64,000 nucleotides of DNA from an uncultured Planctomycetota bacterium (GTDB lineage: Bacteria > Planctomycetota > PLA2 > JAEUHO01), in contig CAVVXN010000002.1 in NCBI GenBank assembly GCA_963752285.1, forward strand, positions 416,001 to 480,000, given 5' to 3'. Made by a program: the position numbers and the translations under genes. Below, piece after piece: positions 33,055 to 42,292 of this stretch. Position 1 is the stretch's first letter, and each line of letters opens with the position of its first letter. The notes under the pieces are model-generated. The model searched no databases. It saw only the letters and a list, made by a program, of their open reading frames with translations, and was not told the origin of the DNA.

Positions 33055-33818
33055 CGTGGACGCGCGCGCTCCGCACGCGCCTTCGGCGCATCGCGCGGGG
33101 GCAGGCCGACGAGCCGCTCCGCGTCCTCGAGGGACCCCGCGCGGTCCACGACGCCCTCGCGGCCGGCGTCGTGCGAGAGGTGTGGGTCGCGAGCGATCTC
33201 GAAGACGTCGCGCTGGGCACGATTCGCGCCGCCGCGGGACGCGTGGGCCTCGAGGTCGGCGTCGCGCCGCGCCGCGACATCGAGCAGGTGGCGGGGACGG
33301 TCACGCCCCAGGGCGTGCTCGCGCTCGTGTCCGACGTGGCCCGGCCGCTCGCGGAGGTCGTCGCACGCGCGGGCCACCTGGTCTGGCTCGACGGCGTGCA
33401 GGACCCGGGGAACGTCGGCGCAATCGTCCGCGTGGCGGCCGCGTTCGGCGCGGAAGGGCTCGTCGTGGGCGGCGGGACGGCCGATCCGCTCGGCGCGAAG
33501 GCGCTCCGCGCGTCCGCGGGTCTCGCGCTCCGCGTGCCCTTCGCGCGGGCCGAGGGGGCCGACGCCGCCCGCGCGTTCGCCGACGCGGGCGTGCCCGTGT
33601 GGGTCCTGGAACGCGGGGGCGACGACCTCCTCCGGGTGGACCGGGCCCCCGCCCGGCTGGTGGTCGCGATCGGCGCCGAGGGCCAGGGGCTCTCCGACGC
33701 CGAGCGGCGCGCGGCCTCGCGGCGCCTGGGGATCCCGATCGCCGAAGGCGTGGACTCGCTCAACGCCGCGGTGGCCGCGGGCATCGCGCTGGCGCACCTC
33801 GCGCGGAGGCGCGCGTGA
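33051..33818 (+). CDS. TrmH/SpoU-family RNA methyltransferase
   Basis: TPQGV, QDPGNVGAIVR, GAEGQGL, IPI...SLNAAVA. Confidence 0.92.
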   Translation: MTWTRALRTRLRRIARGQADEPLRVLEGPRAVHDALAAGVVREVWVASDLEDVALGTIRAAAGRVGLEVGVAPRRDIEQVAGTVTPQGVLALVSDVARPLAEVVARAGHLVWLDGVQDPGNVGAIVRVAAAFGAEGLVVGGGTADPLGAKALRASAGLALRVPFARAEGADAARAFADAGVPVWVLERGGDDLLRVDRAPARLVVAIGAEGQGLSDAERRAASRRLGIPIAEGVDSLNAAVAAGIALAHLARRRA

Positions 33819-34774
33819 CCCCGGCGGCCGGCACGGAGGCCGCGGGTGTTCTCACCGCGAGGGTCGTCCGCCTCGACGCGCGCGGGTGTCTCGTCCATCT
33901 CGACGTGCCGCTCCCGGGCCTCTCCGACGACGGCCGCGCACTCTGGTGCGGGGTGCGCGGGACGATCCATCTCCGGGACCGGCGCGGTCAAATCTCGCCC
34001 CTCGCGGTCGGCGACGTCGTGGACGTGATCCGCTCGTCGGACGACCGGGGCGCGGTCGTCGGGATCCACGCGCGCACGAGCACCCTGTCGCGCCCCGCCG
34101 TGGGGCGAGCGCACCTGGAGCACGTGGTCGCGGCGAACGTGGACCAGGTGTTGATCGTCGGCTCCGCCTCGGATCCGGACTTCAACCCCGGTCTCGTGGA
34201 CCGGATCCTCGCCGTCGTCGAGTTCAGCGATCTCCAGGGGATCGTCGTCGTCAACAAGATGGACCTCGTCGCGCGCGAGCCGGAGGTGATCGGGACGTAC
34301 CGCGCGCTCGGCTACGGGGTCCTCGGGACGAGCGCGAGGACCGGCGTCGGCCTCGAGGCGCTGGACGCCACGCTTCGCGGTCGGAGGACCGTGGTCTGCG
34401 GCCACAGCGGCGTCGGCAAGTCGTCGCTCTTGAACGCGCTCCGGCCCGGGCTGGGCCTCCGGGTGGGCGATGTGAACGAGACGACGCGGCGGGGGCGCCA
34501 CACGACGACGGCGGCGGTGTGGGTCCCGTACGACGGCGGCGCGGTCGTGGACACGGCGGGCGTGCGCGAGTTCGGCCTCTTCGGGATCCCGCGACGCGAC
34601 GTGCCCTGGCTGTTCCGCGACCTCGCCGCGGTGGCGACCGGCTGCCGGTACCCCGACTGCCTGCACCTGGAGGAGCCGGGCTGCGCGGTGGGCGAGGCGG
34701 TCTCGTCGGGTCGCGTCGCCGCGTCGCGCTACGCCTCGTACGTCCGAATCGTGACGGCCCTCGACCCCGTCTGA
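33815..34774 (+). CDS. rsgA: Ribosome small subunit-dependent GTPase A
   Basis: GTGA overlap; VAANVD, NKMD, GHSGVGKSS, GRHTT, DTAG, zinc finger CRYPDCLHLEEPGC. Confidence 0.95.
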   Translation: MTPAAGTEAAGVLTARVVRLDARGCLVHLDVPLPGLSDDGRALWCGVRGTIHLRDRRGQISPLAVGDVVDVIRSSDDRGAVVGIHARTSTLSRPAVGRAHLEHVVAANVDQVLIVGSASDPDFNPGLVDRILAVVEFSDLQGIVVVNKMDLVAREPEVIGTYRALGYGVLGTSARTGVGLEALDATLRGRRTVVCGHSGVGKSSLLNALRPGLGLRVGDVNETTRRGRHTTTAAVWVPYDGGAVVDTAGVREFGLFGIPRRDVPWLFRDLAAVATGCRYPDCLHLEEPGCAVGEAVSSGRVAASRYASYVRIVTALDPV

Positions 34775-34793
34775 CGACGCGTCCCCTCCCGCG

Positions 34794-36128
34794 TCACGTC
34801 TCGATCGCGCGGACGCGCCCGGCGAGGCGCACGCTGCCGCTCGCGAGGACGAGACCGTCGGGACCTGCGAGGTCGCGCGCGCGGGCGAGCGCCGACCCGA
34901 CGTCGGGCGCCGTCTCGACGGGGACGTCGGTCCGGCGCCGGCACACGGCCGCGACCTCCTCGGCCGACCGCGCGCGCGGCGTCTCGAGCGTGGTCGCGAC
35001 CACGGCGAACGCGCCCTCCAGGAGCGGGCCGAGCACGCCCTCCGCGTCCTTGCCCTGGAGGAGCGCGGTCACGAGTACGCGCCGCCTCCCGGGCCACGCC
35101 GCGCGGACTGCTTCCGCCGTCGCGCGCGACGAAGCCGGCGTGTGCGCGCCGTCGGCCACCACGAGAGGCGCGCCGGCCCGGCCGGGGAGCGGCTCCAGCA
35201 CGCCGGGGAGCGTGATCGCCGACATCGCCTCCACGAAGGTCGTGGTCGGTACGCCCACGGCCCGCGCCAGGAGGAAGGCGAGCGCCGCGTTCTCGCCCTG
35301 GTGCGCGCCCGCGATCGGCAGCGCGAGGTCCACCGTGGCGTCCGCGGCCTCGAGACGCACGCGCGTCACGGGACCGGGGGACGTCACCGACGAGCCGACG
35401 CGGACGTCCCGACCCACCACCTCGAGCGGCGCGCCGACCTCGACCGCGCGCGCCTCGATCACCTCGAGCGCGACGCCGCGCGCCGACGTCGCGGCCCGGA
35501 CGCCCGCCTTCAGGATGCCCGCCTTCTCCGCCGCGATCTGCTCGATCCGGTCGCCGAGGATCTCGGTGTGCTCGCGCTCGATCGACGTGATGCCCGTCAC
35601 GCGGGGCGCGCACGCGTTCGTCGCGTCGAGACGACCGCCGAGGCCGGTCTCCAGCACGACGCTCCGGCAGCCGCGTTCGCGGAAGATCCACCACGCGATC
35701 CCGGTCACGAGCTCGAAGAAGGTCGGCGCGGTCTGGCTGTCGAGCGTCCGCGCGACGTGCGGTAGGAGCGCGGTCGCCGCCTCGGCCCACTCGGCTTCCG
35801 TCGTCGGGACGCCGTCCACCGCTACGCGCTCGGTCAGGTCCGCGAGGTGGGGCGAGGTGTAGAGCCCGACGGGACCGCGTCCCGCGCGCTGGAGCGCGAC
35901 GGCGACCATGCGTACCACCGAACCCTTGCCCTTGCTGCCCGCGACGTGCACCGTCTCGACCCCGAGGTGGGGGTCGCCGATCGAGGTGAGCATCTCGTGG
36001 ACACGGTCGAGACGCCACGGCGGCCGATCGGGAGGTACGACGCGCCGTTCCTCCCAGTTCGTGGCGCGCGCGAGGAGGGCCTCGAGGTCGTCCCGGTCCT
36101 CGATCGACTCGGGCAGGCGCGCGCTCAC
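34794..36128 (-). CDS. folC: Folylpolyglutamate synthase/dihydrofolate synthase
   Basis: HVAGSKGKGS, YTSPHL, TFFE, ETGLGGRLDATN, EKAGI, DGAH. Confidence 0.93.
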   Translation of the reverse strand: MSARLPESIEDRDDLEALLARATNWEERRVVPPDRPPWRLDRVHEMLTSIGDPHLGVETVHVAGSKGKGSVVRMVAVALQRAGRGPVGLYTSPHLADLTERVAVDGVPTTEAEWAEAATALLPHVARTLDSQTAPTFFELVTGIAWWIFRERGCRSVVLETGLGGRLDATNACAPRVTGITSIEREHTEILGDRIEQIAAEKAGILKAGVRAATSARGVALEVIEARAVEVGAPLEVVGRDVRVGSSVTSPGPVTRVRLEAADATVDLALPIAGAHQGENAALAFLLARAVGVPTTTFVEAMSAITLPGVLEPLPGRAGAPLVVADGAHTPASSRATAEAVRAAWPGRRRVLVTALLQGKDAEGVLGPLLEGAFAVVATTLETPRARSAEEVAAVCRRRTDVPVETAPDVGSALARARDLAGPDGLVLASGSVRLAGRVRAIET

Positions 36129-36203
36129 GGGCGCCGGTCGGTGGCGGGCCGCGTGCTATCCTGGCCGGCGGCCCGCCGCACCCGCCCCTCGAGACTTCGA
36201 ACC

Positions 36204-37742
36204 ATGCTCGAACCCCAACCGACGGAGCGGCAGTCTACCGCGACCTCACAGGCCCGGATGTGGTCGTACCTGGCGGGAATGCTCGTCCTGGCCGCCGTGA
36301 TCCTGGGCGCGACGCAGCTCAGCAGGACCAAGTGGGGGAGCGACAAGCTCCCCATCGCGGCCCTGTCTCCCGACCAGGCTCCGCAACCGCCGGAGCGCAT
36401 CGACGTCACGAAGATCCCCGCCGCCGACGACGACGTGGCACACGCGCGCTGGTCGCCGGCGCTCGACGACGTCGTCGAGATGGGCCGCCGCGACTACTCG
36501 GCGTTCGGCGAGCGCATCGAGACCGGCGAGCTCGCCAAGCTGCCCTTCGCGGAGGCCCGCGGGCGGGTCTTCGAGGTCGAGGGCACGATCGACGCCATGA
36601 CGGCGGAGGTCCGGGGCGAGGGATCCCTGCTCTGGGTCGTCGTCCTCGACGGCGCGGACGGACAGCGGGTTCTCGCCCTCACGACCGCGTTCGCCTCCGA
36701 CCCGAACCAGGGGCGTCCCGAGGACGCCATCGCGAACACGACGGAGTACCTCGAGGTCGGCGACCGGGTCATCGCGCGCGGCATCTACCTGCAGCGACGC
36801 ACGGGCACGTTCGCCGGTCAGATCCTGAGGAAGGCGGCGCCGGTCCTCGTCGCCACGCCTTCGGGCGCGGCGTTCAAGAAGGTCTTCCTGCCCGAGGCGC
36901 CCATCTCCGACCCCGGCGCTGCCGACTGGAGCGAGGTGAAGGACCGTTTCCTCGGCGACACGCAGCGCATCTCCGAGTCGGCCCTCTTCCAGATGATCGC
37001 CTGGGCGCGCCGCCAGGGGCACGACGCGATCGCGAAGGACATCCGCGACGGCAAGCTCCACGCCGAGATGTGGGACCAGGACGTCTTCGACCGCTGGTCG
37101 AAGGAGGTCTCCGAGACGTCCTCGGACGTACCGCGACCCTTCACGAAGGAGGCGCGCGGCAAGCTCTGGCGGACGCGCGGGCTCGTGGCGGACGTGATCC
37201 ACCAGGGCTGGACCACGACCCCTCGCCTCGGCAGCTCCTGGGGCGTCAACGAGCTCGACATCCTGGACCTCTACAGCGACAACTACGGGAACAAGGTCAT
37301 CCGGACCATCTCCGCGTTCCCGTTCTCGGCCTATCACGGGCTCACCGGAAACCCCGAGCAGCACGTCGAGATCTACGGGTACTTCCTCAAGAACTACACG
37401 TACGAGACGCCCCACGTGAACGAGCAGGGCGACACGGTGATCCTGACGATGCCGCTCTTCATCGTGGTGGACGCGCGCCTTTTCAATCCGCCGCCCTCCG
37501 TGTACCGCTCGCTGATCTGGTTCATCAGCGCGGGGATCCTCGTGCTCGCGGTCCTCTTCTACTTCGTCCTGATCCGCGGCGAGCGGCGGGAGGCCGCACG
37601 GATGGACGCCTACCGGACGGGTCTGAGGCGGCGCATCCGCGCGCACGCGAAGGAGGCGGCGGCCGGCGAGGCGATCGCGCCGGGCTCCGTCCAGGCGCCG
37701 CCGGCCGACGAGCCGCCGTCCGGGGAGGGCGCGGGCCCGTGA
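36204..37742 (+). CDS. Hypothetical membrane protein with N- and C-terminal TM helices and two OB-fold-like repeats
   Basis: TM at both ends; similar segments RGRVFEVEG...VIARGIYLQ...PVLV and RGKLWRTRG...VEIYGYFLK...PLFIV. Confidence 0.75.
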   Translation: MLEPQPTERQSTATSQARMWSYLAGMLVLAAVILGATQLSRTKWGSDKLPIAALSPDQAPQPPERIDVTKIPAADDDVAHARWSPALDDVVEMGRRDYSAFGERIETGELAKLPFAEARGRVFEVEGTIDAMTAEVRGEGSLLWVVVLDGADGQRVLALTTAFASDPNQGRPEDAIANTTEYLEVGDRVIARGIYLQRRTGTFAGQILRKAAPVLVATPSGAAFKKVFLPEAPISDPGAADWSEVKDRFLGDTQRISESALFQMIAWARRQGHDAIAKDIRDGKLHAEMWDQDVFDRWSKEVSETSSDVPRPFTKEARGKLWRTRGLVADVIHQGWTTTPRLGSSWGVNELDILDLYSDNYGNKVIRTISAFPFSAYHGLTGNPEQHVEIYGYFLKNYTYETPHVNEQGDTVILTMPLFIVVDARLFNPPPSVYRSLIWFISAGILVLAVLFYFVLIRGERREAARMDAYRTGLRRRIRAHAKEAAAGEAIAPGSVQAPPADEPPSGEGAGP

Positions 37743-38827
37743 CCGAGGCCGCGACCGTCCGCCGCGACCGCGTCCGCCTCGCGGGCCGGGACACGGACGT
37801 GGTCCTCGGCGCGGGCGTCCTGGGCGGCCTCTTCGGCGAGGTCCGGTCGCGCTGGCCGCGTGCGGAGCGCGTGGGCCTCGTGATCGACCGCACGGTGGAC
37901 GCCCTTTGGCCGATCGAGGCGCCGCCCGGCGGGCCCACGGCGCTGCGCGTGCTCGCGCCGGCGGGCGAGGCCGCCAAGCGGCGCACGGTGCTCGCCGAGT
38001 TGCAGGACGCGCTGCTCGACCTCAGACGGGACGAGCCGGTGATCGTGGTGGGGGGCGGCGCGGTGCTCGACGCCGCCGGGTTCGCCGCGGCCACCGTGCG
38101 ACGCGGCCTCCCGTGGGTCGCCGTGCCGACCACGGTGGTCGGGATGGCGGACGCCGCGGTGGGCGGGAAGGTGGCGGTAAACCACCCGCGCGGCAAGAAC
38201 CTGCTCGGGACGTTTCATCCGCCGGCCCTCGTCCTCGCGGACGTCGCGTTCCTGGACACGCTCGACGACCGCGATCGCGTGGCGGGGCTGGCCGAGGTCT
38301 ACAAGGCGGGTCGCGTCGGCGACCCCGATCTCGTGGCGCGCCTCCGCCGCGGCGTCCCCGGCGACGCGGCCGCCTACGCCGAGGTCCTCGCCCGCGCGGT
38401 GGCCGTCAAGGCCCGCCTCGTCGAGGCGGACGAGCGCGACCACGGCGCGCGCCGCGCGCTGAATCTCGGGCACACGCTCGGTCACGCGCTCGAACGCCTC
38501 GTCTCGAACGAGCGGCTGCGGCACGGCGAGGCGGTCGCGATCGGCATGGCGTACGCGGCCCGTCTCGCGCTCGCGCGGGACCGCGTCGGCGCGGCCTGGG
38601 TGGCGCGTCAGGACGAGGACCTCGCGCGCCTCGGGCTGCCGACGGCCCCGCCGGGCGGTCTGGACGCGGCGGACGTCCTCGAGGCGATGGAGGTGGACAA
38701 GAAACGCCGGCCCGGCGCGCGGCACGTCCTCGTGCTCCCGCGCGCGGCGGGGGGCGTGGACGTCGTCGAGGACGTGGTCGAGGTCGAGCTCGTGGCGGCG
38801 TGGAAGGCGCTGCTGGCCGTGGCCTGA
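37739..38827 (+). CDS. aroB: 3-dehydroquinate synthase
   Basis: GTGA overlap; GGGAVLD, VPTT, DAAVGGK, KNLLGTF, LNLGHTLGHALE, HGEAVAIG, DKK. Confidence 0.95.
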   Translation: MTEAATVRRDRVRLAGRDTDVVLGAGVLGGLFGEVRSRWPRAERVGLVIDRTVDALWPIEAPPGGPTALRVLAPAGEAAKRRTVLAELQDALLDLRRDEPVIVVGGGAVLDAAGFAAATVRRGLPWVAVPTTVVGMADAAVGGKVAVNHPRGKNLLGTFHPPALVLADVAFLDTLDDRDRVAGLAEVYKAGRVGDPDLVARLRRGVPGDAAAYAEVLARAVAVKARLVEADERDHGARRALNLGHTLGHALERLVSNERLRHGEAVAIGMAYAARLALARDRVGAAWVARQDEDLARLGLPTAPPGGLDAADVLEAMEVDKKRRPGARHVLVLPRAAGGVDVVEDVVEVELVAAWKALLAVA

Positions 38828-38842
38828 CGGGCGCCGGCCCGG

Positions 38843-39619
38843 CTACGCCCCCTGGACCTCGCGCCGCCACTCCGCCTGGTCGCGGATGAAACGCTCGAGG
38901 TCCTGTCGGTCCTGGTCGGAGATCTCCTCCCAGTCCACGCGTACCGCGAGCACGCGGTTCTCGTTCCCCGCGTCCTCGAAGACGCCGACCTCGCGGACGC
39001 GCGCGTCCATCTCGAAGTACCGGTCCTTTACGACGAAGGGCTGGCGGAACTTCAGCTTGAGCAACGTGCCCACGCCGACGTTCAGCTCGACGGGGTCCAG
39101 GTTGGACGCCGCCTCGTAGTGGAAGAGGATCCCGTCCTCGTACAGGGAGACGATCCGTCCCACCTGGTTCGGCGCCTCGTCCGCGCCCTCCTCGGCCCGG
39201 AGTCGGAAGATCACGGGGACCTCGCCCTGGAGCGCCTCGTCGGACTCGGTGCCCTCGAGCGCGAGCTGGGCCACGTCGGCGCCCTTCTTGAAGTGGAGGA
39301 TCGCGTCCTCGACGGTCTCCGCGAGCGGGAGGATCCCCTCGACGCCGTACGTCTTGATCGTCTTCCGCACGAACTTGCTCGGGCGGGCGAGGACGAGGCC
39401 GCCGCCCTTCTCCGCCAGGACCTTGCGGAGCCTCAGGATGTAGCCGAACGCCGAGGAGTTGAGGAACGTGAGCAACCGGACGTCGAAGACGAACCGGACG
39501 TCGCCGCTCTGGATCCAGCGCTCCATCCGCTCCGTGAAGCCCGGCAGGTTGAACGCCTCGAGCTCCCCCGTGAACTTCAGGATGACGATCTCGTCGTAGC
39601 GCTTCTTCTCGAGCTTCAT
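38843..39619 (-). CDS. STAS (anti-anti-sigma) domain fused to a PilZ-like barrel
   Basis: STAS with LTFLNSSAFG; C-terminal GRIVSLYEDGILF...ARVREV...EISDQDRQDLERFI. Confidence 0.75.
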   Translation of the reverse strand: MKLEKKRYDEIVILKFTGELEAFNLPGFTERMERWIQSGDVRFVFDVRLLTFLNSSAFGYILRLRKVLAEKGGGLVLARPSKFVRKTIKTYGVEGILPLAETVEDAILHFKKGADVAQLALEGTESDEALQGEVPVIFRLRAEEGADEAPNQVGRIVSLYEDGILFHYEAASNLDPVELNVGVGTLLKLKFRQPFVVKDRYFEMDARVREVGVFEDAGNENRVLAVRVDWEEISDQDRQDLERFIRDQAEWRREVQGA

Positions 39620-39731
39620 GCCGCGGCCTCCCCCTCCGGGCCGACCCCGGGGGCCGGCATGGTAGCCCGACCCGCCCGGGGGGACACCCGACCCGACGCC
39701 GCGCCGTCCGCGGGGTCCCCGCGGGGCCCCA

Positions 39732-40733
39732 TCAGAGCTTGGCGACCGACGCCAGGGCCTGCTCGATCACCTGGGCGGTCTGGACGCCCTCGGCCTCGCC
39801 CTCGAAGTTCAGCACGATGCGATGACGGAGCGCGGCGTGCGCGACGTCGCCCAGGTCGTCGCGGGAGACGGCCGCGCGCCCGTCCGCGAGGGCCATGACC
39901 TTGCCCGCGAGCGCGAGCGCCTGGGCCGCGCGCGCGCTGGCCCCGTAGCGCACGAAGCGGCGCGCCAGGGGGACCGCGCCCTCCGCGTCAGGCCTCGTGG
40001 CGTGCACGAGCCGCGCGATCCAGTGCCGGGCGCGATCGCCGAGAGGCACCTGCCTCGTGAGCGCACGCATCTCGACGACCCGGGGCCCGTTCATGACCGG
40101 GGTGACGACCGGCAACGCCTCGGCGGTGGTGCGGTCGAGGATCCGTTCGATCTCCTCGACGCTGGGGCTCGCCACGACCGCCTTCAGGAGGAACCGGTCG
40201 AGCTGCGCCTCGGGGAGGGGGTACGTGCCCTCCATCTCGACGGGGTTCTGCGTCGCGAGGAGCACGAAGGGGTCCGGCAGCGGAAACGTCTGGTTGCCGG
40301 CCGTGACCTGCCGCTCCTCCATCGCCTCCAGGAGCGCGCTCTGCGTCTTGGGCGTCGCGCGATTCACCTCGTCCGCGAGGACCACGCTGGCGAAGACGGG
40401 CCCCGGCCGGAAGTCGAACTCGCGCCGGCCCTCCGACTCGTGGACGAGCCACGTGCCGAGGACGTCCGCCGGCATGAGGTCCGGCGTGCACTGGATGCGC
40501 CCGAACTCCAGGTCGAGCGCGCTCGCGAGCGTGCGGACGAGGAGCGTCTTCCCCGTCCCCGGGACACCCTCGAGCAGGAGATGCCCGCCCGCGAACAGGC
40601 AGAGCAGGGTGTCGCGAACCGCCTCCGCGTGGCCCACGATCACGCGTCCGACGGCCTCCTCCAGAGCGTGGAAGTCGCCGGCGTACCGCGCGACCTCGCG
40701 TGCCGCGTGCTCGACCTCGCTCGACTGCGCCAT
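39732..40733 (-). CDS. MoxR-family AAA+ ATPase
   Basis: LLEGVPGTGKT, RIQCTPDLMPAD, DEVNRATPKTQSALLEAM, ATQNP, YPLPEAQLDRF. Confidence 0.95.
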   Translation of the reverse strand: MAQSSEVEHAAREVARYAGDFHALEEAVGRVIVGHAEAVRDTLLCLFAGGHLLLEGVPGTGKTLLVRTLASALDLEFGRIQCTPDLMPADVLGTWLVHESEGRREFDFRPGPVFASVVLADEVNRATPKTQSALLEAMEERQVTAGNQTFPLPDPFVLLATQNPVEMEGTYPLPEAQLDRFLLKAVVASPSVEEIERILDRTTAEALPVVTPVMNGPRVVEMRALTRQVPLGDRARHWIARLVHATRPDAEGAVPLARRFVRYGASARAAQALALAGKVMALADGRAAVSRDDLGDVAHAALRHRIVLNFEGEAEGVQTAQVIEQALASVAKL

Positions 40734-40761
40734 GACGCCTCCCCCGGTCCCGCTGGGGCCG

Positions 40762-42177
40762 TTACCCGACCTCGTCCAGCGCGCGGGCGCGGAACCGGAC
40801 GCCGAGCACGTCCTCGGCCAGACGTCGGCACGCCTCCACGTCCACGCCTTCGAGGCCCTCGATCGCCGTCGCGACCACGTCGATGCCGGCGGCCTTCGCG
40901 GACCGGATCCACGCGAGCATCGGGGTGAAGCCGTCGGGCGAGAACGCCGAGGGGCAGTGCCGCTCGAACGTTTCGCGGTCCTGGGCGTTCAGGCTCACGG
41001 ACGCGACGTCGATCAGCCCCGCGAGCTCGGGCGCCGTGGGGCGCTTGTGGATCAGGTCGGCGTGCCCGTTCGTGTTGAGGCGCGTGCGGCCCCCGGCCTC
41101 CTTCACGCGGCGCGCGACCTCCTTCACGACCTCGAGCCGGAGCGTCGGCTCGCCGAACCCGCAGAACACGACCTCGGGCGGGCGGGACGGGTCGCCCAGC
41201 GCGTCGAGGATCTCGGCGACGGTCGGGTCCTTCGGGCGTCGGAGGTCGTAGCCCTTCACCTCGTACGCGTCCCAGGTCCGCGGGCAGAAGGTGCACCGCG
41301 CGTCGCACGCGTTCGTCACGTTCACGTACGCGGTGCCGCGGATGAGGTAGACGGGCGGGCCGTCCGTCTCCTCGCCGGGCAGCCGGAAGAGGGACCGCGC
41401 GTTCCGGGTCGTGATCCGTCGGACGTCCGCCTCCGAGAGTCCCTTCACCGCGGCCAACGTCTTCGCGACCTCCGCCACGAACGACGGCTCGTTGCGGTGC
41501 CCGCGATGGGGCACCGGTGCGAGGAAGGGCGCGTCCGTCTCGACGAGCGCCCGCTCGACGGGGACCGCGGCGGCCGAGGCCCGCACGCCCTCGCCCTTGG
41601 GGAACGTGAGGATCCCGGACCAGGAGACGTAGAAGCCGAGCGCCACGAACCTCGCGGCGAACGCCGGGTCGCCCGTGAAGCAGTGCATCACGCCCCGGAC
41701 GCCCGGCGTGGACTCGATGGTGCGCGCCACGTCCTCGTACGCGTCGAGGCGCCCCGGCTGGTCGCGCACGTGGACGATCACCGGCAGGTCGAGGTCCCGC
41801 GCGAGGGCGGCCTGCCGGGCGAAGGCCCGGCCCTGGCGCGCGCGGTCCACACGGTCGCGGTAGTAGTCGAGGCCGGTCTCGCCGACGGCCACGAAGCCGC
41901 CCTCGCGGACGAGGGCCTCCAGCTCGTCGAGGGCCGCGGCGTCGTCCGGGGGCACGTCGTTCGGGTGGATCCCCGCCGTCGGGTAGAGACCCGTCCGCTC
42001 GCGGCAGAGCGCGAACGCGCGTCGCGCGTCCGAGACCCCCGTGGCCACCACCAGCGCCTGCCGCACGCCCGCGGACGCCATGCGGGACAGCACCGGGTCG
42101 AGGTCGTCCTGGAAGTCGTCCCAGGTCAGGTGGCAGTGCGAGTCCACGAGGTCGGGGAGGGCGCCGTTCTCGGCCAT
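40762..42177 (-). CDS. tatD: TatD-family nuclease fused to a TatD-associated radical SAM domain
   Basis: DSHCHL, GIHP, GETGLDY, HVRD, MHCF, ETDAPFLAP, then NACDARCTFC (CxxxCxxC), FCGFGEP, NTNG. Start at ATG 42177. Confidence 0.9.
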   Translation of the reverse strand: MAENGALPDLVDSHCHLTWDDFQDDLDPVLSRMASAGVRQALVVATGVSDARRAFALCRERTGLYPTAGIHPNDVPPDDAAALDELEALVREGGFVAVGETGLDYYRDRVDRARQGRAFARQAALARDLDLPVIVHVRDQPGRLDAYEDVARTIESTPGVRGVMHCFTGDPAFAARFVALGFYVSWSGILTFPKGEGVRASAAAVPVERALVETDAPFLAPVPHRGHRNEPSFVAEVAKTLAAVKGLSEADVRRITTRNARSLFRLPGEETDGPPVYLIRGTAYVNVTNACDARCTFCPRTWDAYEVKGYDLRRPKDPTVAEILDALGDPSRPPEVVFCGFGEPTLRLEVVKEVARRVKEAGGRTRLNTNGHADLIHKRPTAPELAGLIDVASVSLNAQDRETFERHCPSAFSPDGFTPMLAWIRSAKAAGIDVVATAIEGLEGVDVEACRRLAEDVLGVRFRARALDEVG

Positions 42178-42292
42178 CGGGCCACGGTACCCCGACGCCG
42201 GCGGGGCGAGGACGTCGGGCGGCGCGTGCCGTAGACTCGGCGTCCGCGCGCCGCCGAGGTGGCCGCTCGCGCGACCGAGGAGCCGGGACGCC

